A stretch of DNA of 64,000 bases from Phenylobacterium sp. Lineage in GTDB: Bacteria > Pseudomonadota > Alphaproteobacteria > Caulobacterales > Caulobacteraceae. Both the position numbers and the translations under genes were made by a program. The notes beneath the pieces are model-generated. The model was not told where the DNA came from and did not search any database. It saw only the letters and a program-made list of their open reading frames with translations. The stretch spans positions 5,169 to 69,168 of the forward strand of contig NZ_JAICYI010000008.1 of NCBI RefSeq assembly GCF_025934275.1, given 5' to 3'. Positions 34,979 through 45,104 of this stretch are shown piece after piece (position 1 is the first letter of the stretch; every line of letters begins with the position of its first letter).

Positions 34979-36409
34979 TTACGCCAGGCCGAAGGCGCGG
35001 GCGGCGGTGGCGGCGAGCGGGTCGATCCAGCGGAGCGCCACCATCACCACCGGGAAGGAGAACAGCGCCAGCGCCACGGCGATGCCGCGGGCCTCGGGCG
35101 CGGGCCTATCGGTCGCCCCTTCGGCCGCATCGAACCAGATCACCTTCACCAGTCGCAGGTAGTAGAAGGCCGCCACCACCGAGCCGACCAGGCCCAGCAC
35201 GGCCGGCCAGGCGAGGCCCGCGTGCAGCGCGGCCTTGAAGACGTAGACCTTGGCCCAGAAGCCGGAAAACGGCGGCAGGCCCAGGGCGGATAGCGAGAAC
35301 GCGGTCATGGCGAGCCCCAGCCCCGGCTGCGCCTTGATCAGCCCCGCCATGTCGTCGATCGTCTCCATCGGCCGACCCTGGCGCGACAACGCCGCGAGGC
35401 AGGCGAAGAAGCCGGTCACGTCGATCATGTAGAGCACCATGAACACCAGCATCGACTGCATGCCCTCGGCGGTGCCGGAAGCCATGCCGAGAATCGCGTA
35501 GCCGACGTTGGCGATCGAGGAATAGGCCCACAGGCGCTTGAGGTTCCGCTGGGCGAGACCGGCGAACGCGCCCACCGCCACCGAGATCAGGGCGATGGCG
35601 ATCAGCACCTCCTGCCACTGTCCGGCGGCGCCGGCGAAGCCCTGGCCGAGCGCGCGGCCGAACAGCACCATGGCGGCGAGCTTGGGCGCGGCGGCGAAGA
35701 AGGCCACGACCGGCGTCGGCGCGCCCTCGTAGACGTCCGGCGTCCACATGTGGAACGGCGCGGCCGAGACCTTGAAGGCCAGCCCGCAGATCAGGAAGAT
35801 CAGCCCGAACAGCACGCCCGTCCCGGCCCCGCCCCTCACCGCCGCGGCGATGTCGGTGAAGATGGTCGAGCCGGCGAAGCCATAGATCAGGCTCGCGCCG
35901 TAGAGCAGCAGGCCCGAAGAAAGCGCGCCGAGGACGAAGTACTTCAGCCCCGCCTCCGAGGCCCGCGCGTCGTCGCGGTGCATGGCCGCGAGCACGTAGA
36001 GCGCCAGCGAATGCAGCTCCACCCCGAGGTAGAGCGAGATGAGGTCGCCGGACGAGGCCATGATCCCCATGCCGAGCGCGGCGATGACGATCAGGATCGG
36101 GAACTCGAAGTTGCGGATGCCCCGCCGTTCGAACCAGCGTTGCCCGAGCGGCACGCAGACCGCGCTCGCCAGGTAGATCGCGACCTTGGCGAAGGCCGCC
36201 GCGGAGTCGAACACCAGCCCGCCGGCGAAGGCCGAGCCCAGCGGCTGGACGGCGGCCGCCACGGCGGCGGCGACCAACGCCAGGATGCTCAGCGCGCCGA
36301 CCACCCCCGTGCTCCGCGGCGCGAACGCGCCCACGACCAGCAGCAGGAGCGCGCCGGCGCCCAGGATGAGTTCCGGGTAGGCGACCGCGAGGCCGGCGGA
36401 GAAATTCAT
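34979..36409 (-). CDS. nuoN: NADH-quinone oxidoreductase subunit N
   Basis: EAGLKYFVLGALSSG, FKVSAAPFHMWTPDVYEG, SALGLPPFSGF. Confidence 0.96.
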   Translation of the reverse strand: MNFSAGLAVAYPELILGAGALLLLVVGAFAPRSTGVVGALSILALVAAAVAAAVQPLGSAFAGGLVFDSAAAFAKVAIYLASAVCVPLGQRWFERRGIRNFEFPILIVIAALGMGIMASSGDLISLYLGVELHSLALYVLAAMHRDDARASEAGLKYFVLGALSSGLLLYGASLIYGFAGSTIFTDIAAAVRGGAGTGVLFGLIFLICGLAFKVSAAPFHMWTPDVYEGAPTPVVAFFAAAPKLAAMVLFGRALGQGFAGAAGQWQEVLIAIALISVAVGAFAGLAQRNLKRLWAYSSIANVGYAILGMASGTAEGMQSMLVFMVLYMIDVTGFFACLAALSRQGRPMETIDDMAGLIKAQPGLGLAMTAFSLSALGLPPFSGFWAKVYVFKAALHAGLAWPAVLGLVGSVVAAFYYLRLVKVIWFDAAEGATDRPAPEARGIAVALALFSFPVVMVALRWIDPLAATAARAFGLA

Positions 36410-36416
36410 CTAAAGC

Positions 36417-37904
36417 TCAGCCCCCGATGGCCGCACGGTAGGTCTGGGTCAGGTGGTCGACCGAGGCCTGGGTGACGTTGAAGATCCATGACGGCATGAC
36501 GCCCATGAGCAGCGTCGCCACCATCAGCGGGGCGAAGATCACCACCTCGCGGACCTCCAGGTCGGCGATGGCGGCGAGCTTCGGATTGACCAGCTCGCCG
36601 AACACCACCTTGCGATATAGCGTCAGCATGTAGACCGCCGAGAGGATCACGCCCGTCGCCGCCAGGATCGCCGTCCAGGTGGAGGCGGCGTAGGCGCCGG
36701 TCATCGACAGCATCTCGCCGACGAAGCCGCTGGTGCCGGGCAGCCCGACGTTGCCCATGGTGAACAGCATGAACACCGCCGCGTACCAGGGCATCCGGTT
36801 CACGACCCCGCCGTAGAAGGCGATCTCGCGGGTGTGCATCCGGTCGTAGACCACGCCGACGCACAGGAAGAGGGCCCCGGAGATCACGCCGTGGCTCAGC
36901 ATCTGATAGATGGCGCCCTGCTCGCCCTGTACGTTGCCGGAGAAGATGCCGATGGTGACGAGACCCATGTGGGCCACCGACGAATAGGCGATCAGCTTCT
37001 TCATATCGACCTGCCGCCAGGCCACCAGCGAGGTGTAGATCACCGCGATGACGCTGAGCGCGAAGACCAGCGGCGTGAAGAACTGCGAGGCGGAGGGGAA
37101 CATCGGCAGCGAGAAGCGCAGGAAACCGTAGCCGCCCATCTTCAGCAGGATGCCCGCCAGGACCACGGAGCCCGCCGTGGGCGCTTCGACGTGGGCGTCC
37201 GGCAGCCAGGTGTGCACCGGCCACATCGGAAGCTTCACTGCGAATGACGCGGTGAAGGCGAGCCACAGCCAGATCTGCAGGCCCGGATCGAAGTGGTAGG
37301 TCATCAGCGCCGGGATGGAGCTGGTGCCGGAGATCGCGACCATGGTGAGGATGGCTGCCAGCATCAGCACCGAGCCCAGCAGCGTGTAGAGGAAGAACTT
37401 GAACGCCGCGTAGACGCGCCGCTGGCCGCCCCAGATGCCGATGATCAGGAACATCGGGATCAGGCCGAACTCGAAGAATATGTAGAACAGGATCAGATCG
37501 AGCGCCGTGAACACGCCGATCATCAGCGTCTCGAGCATCAGGAAGGCGATCATGTACTCGAGCACGCGGCTGGTGATCGACTTCCACGAGGCGATGATGC
37601 ACAGCGGCGTCAGGAACGTGGTCAGGATCACGAACAGCACCGAGATGCCGTCCACGCCCATCCGGTAGCGGAACACTCCGAACCAGGGCGCATCCTCCAG
37701 GTACTGGAAGCCGGCCTGGTTGGGATCGAATCCCGCCAGCATCAGCACCGAGAGCGCGAAGGTCGCCAGCGTGGCGATCAGCGCGATCCATCGGGCGGCG
37801 TTGAGCGTGCGCGGCTCCTCCGGTCGGCCGAAGAAGCGCAGGATCAGGATACCGACCACGCCCACGATCGGGGCGAAGGTGGTGAGCGACAGGATGCCGG
37901 TCAT
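36417..37904 (-). CDS. nuoM: NADH-quinone oxidoreductase subunit M
   Basis: [43 protein letters not shown]. Confidence 0.96.
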   Translation of the reverse strand: MTGILSLTTFAPIVGVVGILILRFFGRPEEPRTLNAARWIALIATLATFALSVLMLAGFDPNQAGFQYLEDAPWFGVFRYRMGVDGISVLFVILTTFLTPLCIIASWKSITSRVLEYMIAFLMLETLMIGVFTALDLILFYIFFEFGLIPMFLIIGIWGGQRRVYAAFKFFLYTLLGSVLMLAAILTMVAISGTSSIPALMTYHFDPGLQIWLWLAFTASFAVKLPMWPVHTWLPDAHVEAPTAGSVVLAGILLKMGGYGFLRFSLPMFPSASQFFTPLVFALSVIAVIYTSLVAWRQVDMKKLIAYSSVAHMGLVTIGIFSGNVQGEQGAIYQMLSHGVISGALFLCVGVVYDRMHTREIAFYGGVVNRMPWYAAVFMLFTMGNVGLPGTSGFVGEMLSMTGAYAASTWTAILAATGVILSAVYMLTLYRKVVFGELVNPKLAAIADLEVREVVIFAPLMVATLLMGVMPSWIFNVTQASVDHLTQTYRAAIGG

Positions 37905-37919
37905 GCGCGCCCTTTCCCC

Positions 37920-40022
37920 TCACGCGTTCCACGCCACGAGGGCGTAGGTCAGCAGGCCCGCGACGCCCAGCAGCATCACGAAGGCGTAGTGATAGACGTA
38001 GCCGGTCTGCAGCAGACCGGTCCGGCGGCCCATGGCGTAGGACACCGCCGAGACGCCATCGGGGCCGAGACCGTCGATGATCCGCTGGTCGCCGCCCTTC
38101 CAGAACAGGTCGCCGAGGAAGCGCGCGGCGCGCACGAAGGTCGCGTCATAGAGCTCGTCGAAGAACCACTTGTTGTAGAAGAACAGGTAGAGCGGCCCCT
38201 GCCGGGCGGCGAGCCGTGCGCCCAGGCCCTGCTTCCAGAGATACATGTAGGCCGCGACCAGCAGCCCCACGAGCGAGAAGATCAGCGGCGCCGAGAGGAT
38301 CCACCAGGGCGCGTTCAGCGGCCCGAGCACATGGTTGTTGGCCGCTGTGAAGATCGCGCCGCGCCAGAACGCGTGCTGCTCGCCGCCCACGAAGCGCTCC
38401 TCGAACAGGAAGCCGGAGGCGATCGCCCCGATCGCCAGCAGGATCAGCGGCAGGCGCATGCTCCACGCGGTCTCGTGCGGCACGGCCGCGCCGTGGCCGT
38501 GGTCGTGCGCGGCGGCGTGGTCGGCGAGCGGCTCGTCGTGGGTCTCGATCTGCGCGTCCGTCGCGTGGTCGTCGTGCGCGCCGTGCAGGTCATCGCGGTT
38601 GTGCCAATGGTGCTCGAGGTCCTCGGAGGTCCAGCGCGCGCGTCCGTTGAAGGTGAAGAAGGCGAGCCGCCAGGAGTAGAAGGCGGTCAGCCCGGCCACG
38701 AAGACTCCGATGATGAAGGTGAAGTACCCCATCGGGTCGCCCGCCAGCCCCGCCGCATAGCCGGCGTGGATGATCGAGTCCTTGGAGTAGAACCCCGCGA
38801 AGCCCCACTCGAGCCCCGGGATCCCGAGGCCGGTGATGGCGATGGTGCCGATCACCATCACCGCGAACGTCACCGGCAGGAACCGGGCCAGCGCCCCGTA
38901 GCGGCGCATGTCCTGCTCGTGCGCCATGGCGGTGATCACCGAGCCCGCGCCCAGGAACAGCAGCGCCTTGAAGAAGGCGTGGGTGAACAGGTGGAACATG
39001 CCGGCCTGGTAGGCGCCGACGCCGGCGGCCATGAACATGTAGCCGAGCTGCGAGCAGGTCGAGTAGGCGATCACCCGCTTGATGTCGTTCTGCGTCATGC
39101 CGACGGTGGCGGCGAACAACGCGGTGATCGCGCCGATGAAGGCGACGAGGTTCTTCGCCGCCGGCGCGTACTCGAACATCGGCGAGAGCAGGCAGACCAT
39201 GTAGACGCCCGCCGTCACCATGGTCGCCGCATGGATCAGCGCCGAAACCGGCGTCGGACCCTCCATGGCGTCTGGCAGCCAGGTGTGCAGGAAGAACTGC
39301 GCCGACTTCCCCATCGCGCCCACGAACAAGAGGGCGCAGGCGAGGTCCATGAGCCGGAAGTCCCAGCTCGCGAAATGCCAGGCCTTGTGGGCATGCGCGG
39401 CCACCGCCGGGAACACCTGGGCGAACTGGATCGAGCCGAACGCCCAGAAGGTGGTCATGATCCCGAGCACGAAGCCGAAGTCGCCCACCCGGTTGACCAC
39501 GAAAGCCTTGATCGCAGCGGCGTTGGCGGTGGGCTTCTTGAACCAGAAGCCGATCAAGAGGTAGCTCGCCAGGCCGACGCCCTCCCAGCCGAAGAAAAGC
39601 TGCATGAGGTCGGCGGCGCTGATCAGCGCCAGCATGGCGAAGGTGAACAGCGACAGGTAGCTGAAGAACCGGGGCTTGCTGTCGTCCTCGGCCATGTAGC
39701 CCCAGGAATAGAGATGCACGAGCGAGGAGACCGTCGTCACCACGACCAGCATCACCGCCGAGAGGCCGTCCAGCCGGAAGCTCCAGTTGGAGATGAAGGT
39801 CCCGACCTGGATGAACGGCGCGTAGGTGACCGTGAAGGGCTGCAGGCCGCCCCAGGTCCACTGGGCGAAGACGATCCAGGAGAGCACGGCCGAGAGGAAC
39901 AGCAGGCCCGTGGTGATGGCCATCGAGGCGACATCGCCGATCCTTCGGCCGACCAGGCCCGCGATCGCCGCGCCGATGATCGGCCCGAACAGGATGACGG
40001 TGACGAGCGTCTGCGGAGACAT
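37920..40022 (-). CDS. nuoL: NADH-quinone oxidoreductase subunit L
   Basis: GWEGVGLASYLLIGFW, GKSAQ..LHTWLPDAMEGPTPVSALIHAATMV. Start re-called to ATG 40022. Confidence 0.96.
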   Translation of the reverse strand: MSPQTLVTVILFGPIIGAAIAGLVGRRIGDVASMAITTGLLFLSAVLSWIVFAQWTWGGLQPFTVTYAPFIQVGTFISNWSFRLDGLSAVMLVVVTTVSSLVHLYSWGYMAEDDSKPRFFSYLSLFTFAMLALISAADLMQLFFGWEGVGLASYLLIGFWFKKPTANAAAIKAFVVNRVGDFGFVLGIMTTFWAFGSIQFAQVFPAVAAHAHKAWHFASWDFRLMDLACALLFVGAMGKSAQFFLHTWLPDAMEGPTPVSALIHAATMVTAGVYMVCLLSPMFEYAPAAKNLVAFIGAITALFAATVGMTQNDIKRVIAYSTCSQLGYMFMAAGVGAYQAGMFHLFTHAFFKALLFLGAGSVITAMAHEQDMRRYGALARFLPVTFAVMVIGTIAITGLGIPGLEWGFAGFYSKDSIIHAGYAAGLAGDPMGYFTFIIGVFVAGLTAFYSWRLAFFTFNGRARWTSEDLEHHWHNRDDLHGAHDDHATDAQIETHDEPLADHAAAHDHGHGAAVPHETAWSMRLPLILLAIGAIASGFLFEERFVGGEQHAFWRGAIFTAANNHVLGPLNAPWWILSAPLIFSLVGLLVAAYMYLWKQGLGARLAARQGPLYLFFYNKWFFDELYDATFVRAARFLGDLFWKGGDQRIIDGLGPDGVSAVSYAMGRRTGLLQTGYVYHYAFVMLLGVAGLLTYALVAWNA

Positions 40023-40030
40023 GGGCGCCC

Positions 40031-40339
40031 TCAACCCTTCATCATCGAGGCGTCGTCGACGGCGATGTCGCCGCGATTGCGGAAGAAGGTGACGAGAATC
40101 GCCAGGCCCACGGCGGCCTCGGCCGCAGCCACGGTCAGCACGAACATGGCGAACACCTGCCCCACCACGTTGCCCAGATAGACCGAGAAGGCGACAAGGT
40201 TGATGTTCACCGCCAGCAGGATGAGCTCGATCGACATCAGGATGACGATCACGTTCTTGCGGTTCACGAAGATGCCGAACACCCCGATCGTGAACAGGAT
40301 CGCGGCGACCGCCAGATAGTGCGCAAGCCCGATGCTCAT
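40031..40339 (-). CDS. nuoK: NADH-quinone oxidoreductase subunit K
   Basis: [24 protein letters not shown]. Confidence 0.96.
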   Translation of the reverse strand: MSIGLAHYLAVAAILFTIGVFGIFVNRKNVIVILMSIELILLAVNINLVAFSVYLGNVVGQVFAMFVLTVAAAEAAVGLAILVTFFRNRGDIAVDDASMMKG

Positions 40340-40965
40340 TCGCCCACTCCGCGGCCCGGCTTCAGCGACACCATGCGCAGGCCCGCGCCTGGCGTGCGGG
40401 CCACCTGGTCGGCGATCACCTGCCGGCGCACGTGGGGCTTGTGGCGCAGGGTGAGCACGATCGCCCCGATCATCGCGACCAGCAGCACCATCCCGGCGGC
40501 CTGGAAGAAGTAGATGTAGTTCGTATAGAGGACGCGCCCGATCGCCTCGGCGTTGGTGACATTGGCCGCGGCCGCAGCGCCGCGGGCCATCGGCTGGTCG
40601 TTCAGCCTGGCGGCGCCTTGCGTAGCGACGGTCGTCGAGACCACCACCATCTCGATCGCCAGCCCGCCGGCGACCAGGCCGCCCAGCGGCATGTAGCGGG
40701 CGAAGCCTTGCCGCAGAGCGGCGAAGTCGACGTCCAGCATCATCACCACGAACAGGAACAGCACCGCGACCGCGCCCACGTAGACGACCACCAGCAGCAT
40801 GGCCAGGAACTCGGCGCCCATCAGCACGAAGAGGCCCGCGGCCGAGAAGAAGGCCGCGATCAGGAACAGCACCGAGTGGACCGGATTGCGCGCCGAGACG
40901 ACGGCGAATCCCGCCGCGATGGTCACCGCCGCCAGCAAGTAGAATGCGATCGCCTGCAAGGCCAT
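40336..40965 (-). CDS. nuoJ: NADH-quinone oxidoreductase subunit J
   Basis: [26 protein letters not shown]. Confidence 0.96.
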   Translation of the reverse strand: MALQAIAFYLLAAVTIAAGFAVVSARNPVHSVLFLIAAFFSAAGLFVLMGAEFLAMLLVVVYVGAVAVLFLFVVMMLDVDFAALRQGFARYMPLGGLVAGGLAIEMVVVSTTVATQGAARLNDQPMARGAAAAANVTNAEAIGRVLYTNYIYFFQAAGMVLLVAMIGAIVLTLRHKPHVRRQVIADQVARTPGAGLRMVSLKPGRGVGE

Positions 40966-41001
40966 CCGGCTCTTCTCAACCCCTCGAATTCACTCTCTTG
41001 T

Positions 41002-41027
41002 CCGTCTCACCGGATCGGGCGAGACGG
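41002..41027 (-). other. Intergenic stem-loop between nuoI and nuoJ
   Basis: CCGTCTCGCC..GGTGAGACGG 10-bp stem on the transcribed strand; no U-tract. Confidence 0.4.
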
Positions 41028-41063
41028 CGTCGACTTTGCAGCGCTCTGAATGGCGCCGCCGTC

Positions 41064-41561
41064 TTATCGGTACGGCGCATCCAGTTCCAGGTTCTTCGCG
41101 ATCTGCCGCTCCCAGCGGTCGCCGTTGTCGAGCAGCTTCTCCTTGTCGTAGTAGAGCTCCTCGCGGGTCTCCACGGCGAACTCCAGGTTCGGGCCCTCGA
41201 CGATAGCGTCCACCGGACAGGCCTCCTGGCACAGGCCGCAGTAGATGCACTTCACCATGTCGATGTCGTAGCGGGTGGTGCGCCGCGAGCCGTCGGCGCG
41301 CGGCTCGGCCTCGATGGTGATCGCCTGGGCCGGGCAGATCGCCTCGCACAGCTTGCAGGCGATGCAGCGCTCCTCGCCGTTGGGATAGCGGCGCAGCGCA
41401 TGCTCGCCGCGGAACCTCGGGCTCTGCGGGTTGCGCTCGTGCGGGTACTGCACGGTGGCCTTGGGCCGCACCATGTACTTGAGGCCAAGCCCGAAGGCTT
41501 CGGCGAAGTCCAGGAGCGCCGCGCCCTTCAGCGCCTGTCCGATCCGCTGCAGCATCCTCAT
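41064..41561 (-). CDS. nuoI: NADH-quinone oxidoreductase subunit I
   Basis: Two 4Fe-4S motifs [12 protein letters not shown] and [12 protein letters not shown]. Confidence 0.97.
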   Translation of the reverse strand: MRMLQRIGQALKGAALLDFAEAFGLGLKYMVRPKATVQYPHERNPQSPRFRGEHALRRYPNGEERCIACKLCEAICPAQAITIEAEPRADGSRRTTRYDIDMVKCIYCGLCQEACPVDAIVEGPNLEFAVETREELYYDKEKLLDNGDRWERQIAKNLELDAPYR

Positions 41562-41752
41562 TTCCTCTCGCAGCCGTAATCGCCGATGTACTCGGGATCG
41601 CCGCCGCTCTTGAGCACCAGGGTTCCGCCCTTCGCCGCGCAGTCCGCATGCGCCTGCTTCAGGGCGTCGTAGGTGGCGACGCCGCCTTCCGGCGCGGCCG
41701 TGGCGCAGGCCGCCGCCAGCGCCGCCAGCCCGAGGAGCGCCAGCAGCCTCAC
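41558..41752 (-). CDS. Small putative lipoprotein (64 aa) between nuoH and nuoI
   Basis: GTG start overlaps the nuoH stop (GTGA); stop overlaps the nuoI ATG (ATGA); hydrophobic N-terminus ending LAAAC; two further Cys. Confidence 0.72.
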   Translation of the reverse strand: MRLLALLGLAALAAACATAAPEGGVATYDALKQAHADCAAKGGTLVLKSGGDPEYIGDYGCERK

Positions 41753-42831
41753 GCGGCGGCTCCGAACACCCGCCAGGCCGAAACCGCCACCACCGCCACG
41801 AGCGAGGTCGGCAGGAACACCTTCCAGCCCAGCCGCATCAGCTGGTCGTAGCGATAGCGGGGCACCACGGCCTTGGCCATCGCCACCAGGAAAAAGAAGA
41901 AGATGATCTTCAGGAAGAACCACATGAAGCCGAAGAAGCTCGCCGCGGTCGGGCTCCAGCTGGCCGTGAACGGCGTCGGGAACGGCGCCTGCCAGCCGCC
42001 GAAGAACAGGATCGAGGTCATCGCGCAGATCAGGACGATGTTTGCGTACTCGCCGATCTGGAACAGCAGGTAGGGGGTCGAGGAGTATTCGACCGCGTAG
42101 CCCGCCACGAGCTCGCTCTCCGCTTCCGGCAGGTCGAACGGCGGCCGGTTGGTCTCGGCCAATCCCGAGATGAAGAAGATCACCGCCATCGGCAGCATGA
42201 CGATCGTCAGCAGCTTGGTCCAGATCGGCCCCGGTCCGCCGAACACGTTCCAGTTCCAGAAGCCTCCGGCCTGCGCGGCGACGATCTGCTGCAGGTTCAG
42301 GGTGCCCGCCAGGATGACGACGGTGACGATGATGAAGCCGATCGAGACCTCGTAGGAGACCATCTGGGCGGCCGAGCGGAGGGAGCCCAGGAACGGGTAC
42401 TTCGAGTTCGACGCCCAGCCGCCCATGATGATGCCGTAGACGCCGAGCGAGGAGATCGCGAACAGGTACAAGACGCCGACGTTGATGTTGGAGACCACCC
42501 AGCCGGGGGCGAGCGGGATCACCGCCCAGGCCCCGAAGCCCAGGGTGAAGGCGATCAGCGGCGCCAGCAGGAAGACCGTCTTGTCGGCGCCGTCGGGCAC
42601 CACGATCTCCTTGATCAGGAACTTTCCGAAATCGGCGAACGACTGCAGCAAGCCGAACGGCCCGACCACGTTGGGGCCCTTGCGCAGCTGCACGCCCGCC
42701 CAGATCTTGCGGTCCGCCAGCAGCAGGAAGGCCAGCGAGATCAGGATCCAGACCACGACCGCCAGGATCTGGCCGACGGTGAGGAGGGTCCAGCCGCCGG
42801 GTGTGGCCCAATAACTCTGAGCGCGGATCAT
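41749..42831 (-). CDS. nuoH: NADH-quinone oxidoreductase subunit H
   Basis: [51 protein letters not shown]. Confidence 0.96.
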   Translation of the reverse strand: MIRAQSYWATPGGWTLLTVGQILAVVVWILISLAFLLLADRKIWAGVQLRKGPNVVGPFGLLQSFADFGKFLIKEIVVPDGADKTVFLLAPLIAFTLGFGAWAVIPLAPGWVVSNINVGVLYLFAISSLGVYGIIMGGWASNSKYPFLGSLRSAAQMVSYEVSIGFIIVTVVILAGTLNLQQIVAAQAGGFWNWNVFGGPGPIWTKLLTIVMLPMAVIFFISGLAETNRPPFDLPEAESELVAGYAVEYSSTPYLLFQIGEYANIVLICAMTSILFFGGWQAPFPTPFTASWSPTAASFFGFMWFFLKIIFFFFLVAMAKAVVPRYRYDQLMRLGWKVFLPTSLVAVVAVSAWRVFGAAA

Positions 42832-42834
42832 GGC

Positions 42835-44880
42835 CTACTCCGCCGCCATCCGCGCCGGGCCCGCGGCCAGGGCCGCGCACTCGGCCATCGTCACGCTCGC
42901 GCGGGCGATGGGGTTGGTGAGGTGGAACGCCTTGACGGGGCTCGCGAACGGCTCGTCGGAAAGCTCGCCGGGCGCGCCCAGGGCGCCGAGGTCCATCGCG
43001 GCGGCGGCGGCCCTGCCTTCGACGTAGTCAATGCGCCCGAACGTCGGGTGGTCGGCGAACAGCTTGCGGCGCAGATCGTCCAGGGTGTCGTAGGGCAGCC
43101 GCTGCCCGACCCGCTCGGAGAGCGCCCGCAGGATCGCCCAGTCCTCGCGCGCCTCGCCTTTCGGGAACACCGCCCGCACGCCGAATTGCGCCCGGCCCTC
43201 GGTGTTGACGTAGATGCCGTTCTTCTCGGTGTAGGCCGCGCCCGGCAGGATCACGTCGGCCCGGTGCGCCCCGCGGTCGCCGTGCGTGCCGAGGTAGACG
43301 GTGAAGGCCTTGCTGGCCGTCAGGTCGATCTCGTCTGCGCCCAGCAGGAACAGCACGTCCGCGCCGCCCCTGGACGCGAGCTCACGCGCGGTCTTGCCGC
43401 CCGCCTGCGGCGTGAAACCGAGATCGAGGCCGCCCACGCGGGCGGCCGCGGTGTGCAGCACGTTCCAGGTCGCCCCGACGGCCTTGGCCAGCGCCGCGGC
43501 GGCCTTCACGACCGCTGCGCTGTCGGCTCGCGTCAGCGCGCCTGCGCCGAGGATGATCGCCGGCGCCTTGGCGGCCTTGAACGCCTGCACGAACTCGTTC
43601 CGCTGCCGCGAGAGCCCGCCCAGGGTCTTGGGGCCGGCGCCCAGATGGTCATAGGGATAGGTGAGATCGGCCGGTTCGCCGATGAGCCCCACGCGCAGTC
43701 CGCCCGCCAGCCAGCGCTTGCGGAAGCGCGCATTCAGCACCGGCGCCTCGAGGCGCGGATTGGTCCCGATCAGCAGGGCCACGTCAGCCGCCTCGATGCC
43801 GGCGATGGTCGAGTTGAACAGCCAGCTGGCGCGCGGGCCCTCGCCGAGCGCCATCCCGTCCTGACGGCAATCCAGGCTCGCCACGCCCAGTCCGCGGAAC
43901 AGGTCGATCGCAGCCTTCATGGATTCGGCGTCCTGCAGGTCGCCGGCGATCACCCCGATGCGCTCCGGCTTGGCGGCCTTGAGCCTGGCGGCGACGAGGT
44001 CGAGCGCCTCGCTCCAGGACGCCTGCCGCAGCCGCCCGCCCTCGCGGATGTAGGGCCGGTCGAGCCGCTGGCGCGAGAGGCCGTCCACCGCATAGCGGGT
44101 CTTGTCGGAGATCCACTCCTCGTTGATGTCCTCGTTGGTGCGCGGCAGCACCCGCAGCACCGCCGAGCCGCGGGCGTCGACCCGGATGGAGGCGCCCAGC
44201 GCGTCGTGGACGTCGACGCTCTCGGTCTTCTTCAGCTCCCAGGGCCGGTAGTTGAACGCCCAGGGCTTGTGGGTCAGCGCACCCACCGGGCAGAGGTCGA
44301 CGGCGTTGCCGCTCAGCTCCGAGCTCACCGCCCGATCGAGATAGGTCGTGATTTCAACATCTTCGCCGCGGGAGATGAGGCCGATCTCAGGCACGCCGGC
44401 GACTTCCGTGATGAACCGCACGCAACGGGTGCACTGGATGCAGCGGGTCATCACCGTCTTGATGACCGGGCCCATGTACTTCTCTTCGACGGCCCGCTTG
44501 TTCTCCGTGTAGCGGCTGTCGTCGCGGCCATAGCCCATCGCCTGGTCCTGCAGGTCGCACTCGCCGCCCTGGTCGCAGATCGGGCAATCCAGCGGGTGGT
44601 TGATGAGCAGGAACTCCATCACCCCGTGGCGCGCCTTGGTCACCATCGGCGTGTCGGTGAAGATCTCCATGTTCTCGGCGGCGGGCAGCGCGCACGAGGC
44701 CTGCGGCTTCGGCGGTCCGGGCTTCACCTCGACTAGGCACATCCGGCAGTTGCCGGCGATCGACAGCCGTTCGTGGTAGCAGAAGCGCGGTATCTCCTTG
44801 CCGGCGAGCTCGCAGACCTGCAGGACGTTCATCCCCGGCTCGAACTCGACCTCTTCGCCGTCGACCTTGCAGATGGGCAT
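42835..44880 (-). CDS. nuoG: NADH-quinone oxidoreductase subunit G
   Basis: CYHERLSIAGNCRMC, HPLDCPICDQGGECDLQ, CIQCTRC, CPVGAL. Confidence 0.97.
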   Translation of the reverse strand: MPICKVDGEEVEFEPGMNVLQVCELAGKEIPRFCYHERLSIAGNCRMCLVEVKPGPPKPQASCALPAAENMEIFTDTPMVTKARHGVMEFLLINHPLDCPICDQGGECDLQDQAMGYGRDDSRYTENKRAVEEKYMGPVIKTVMTRCIQCTRCVRFITEVAGVPEIGLISRGEDVEITTYLDRAVSSELSGNAVDLCPVGALTHKPWAFNYRPWELKKTESVDVHDALGASIRVDARGSAVLRVLPRTNEDINEEWISDKTRYAVDGLSRQRLDRPYIREGGRLRQASWSEALDLVAARLKAAKPERIGVIAGDLQDAESMKAAIDLFRGLGVASLDCRQDGMALGEGPRASWLFNSTIAGIEAADVALLIGTNPRLEAPVLNARFRKRWLAGGLRVGLIGEPADLTYPYDHLGAGPKTLGGLSRQRNEFVQAFKAAKAPAIILGAGALTRADSAAVVKAAAALAKAVGATWNVLHTAAARVGGLDLGFTPQAGGKTARELASRGGADVLFLLGADEIDLTASKAFTVYLGTHGDRGAHRADVILPGAAYTEKNGIYVNTEGRAQFGVRAVFPKGEAREDWAILRALSERVGQRLPYDTLDDLRRKLFADHPTFGRIDYVEGRAAAAAMDLGALGAPGELSDEPFASPVKAFHLTNPIARASVTMAECAALAAGPARMAAE

Positions 44881-45104
44881 TATTCGCGAACTCCCGGCGG
44901 AGCGTCGATGATGTCCGGCCGACGCTCGATGCGATCCAGGCGTTCATCGACCCGATCCAGCCGACGCCGGGCAACCACCATGTTGTCTTCGAGTGCGCAG
45001 ACGCAGCCCTTCAGGTCGCGCACGTCCTGAATCAGTTGGTCGACCTTCTTATCAATCCTCGGCAGATATTGCAGGACGATGTTGTCGGGTTCGCCGGACA
45101 TCAC
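44880..45104 (-). CDS. Small coiled-coil protein (73-74 aa) between nuoF and nuoG
   Basis: GTG/ATG directly after the nuoF TAG; TAA overlaps the nuoG ATG; heptad pattern IDKKVDQL..DVRDL..LDRVDERLDRIE. Confidence 0.65.
   Translation of the reverse strand: MMSGEPDNIVLQYLPRIDKKVDQLIQDVRDLKGCVCALEDNMVVARRRLDRVDERLDRIERRPDIIDAPPGVRE

Noticed and set aside
37293-40181. 962 aa and other long antisense or alternate-frame ORFs over nuo, TBDR, bamA and BVMO genes
   Set aside because: No recognisable motifs, Arg/Gly/Ala-rich composition and complete overlap with well-supported genes.
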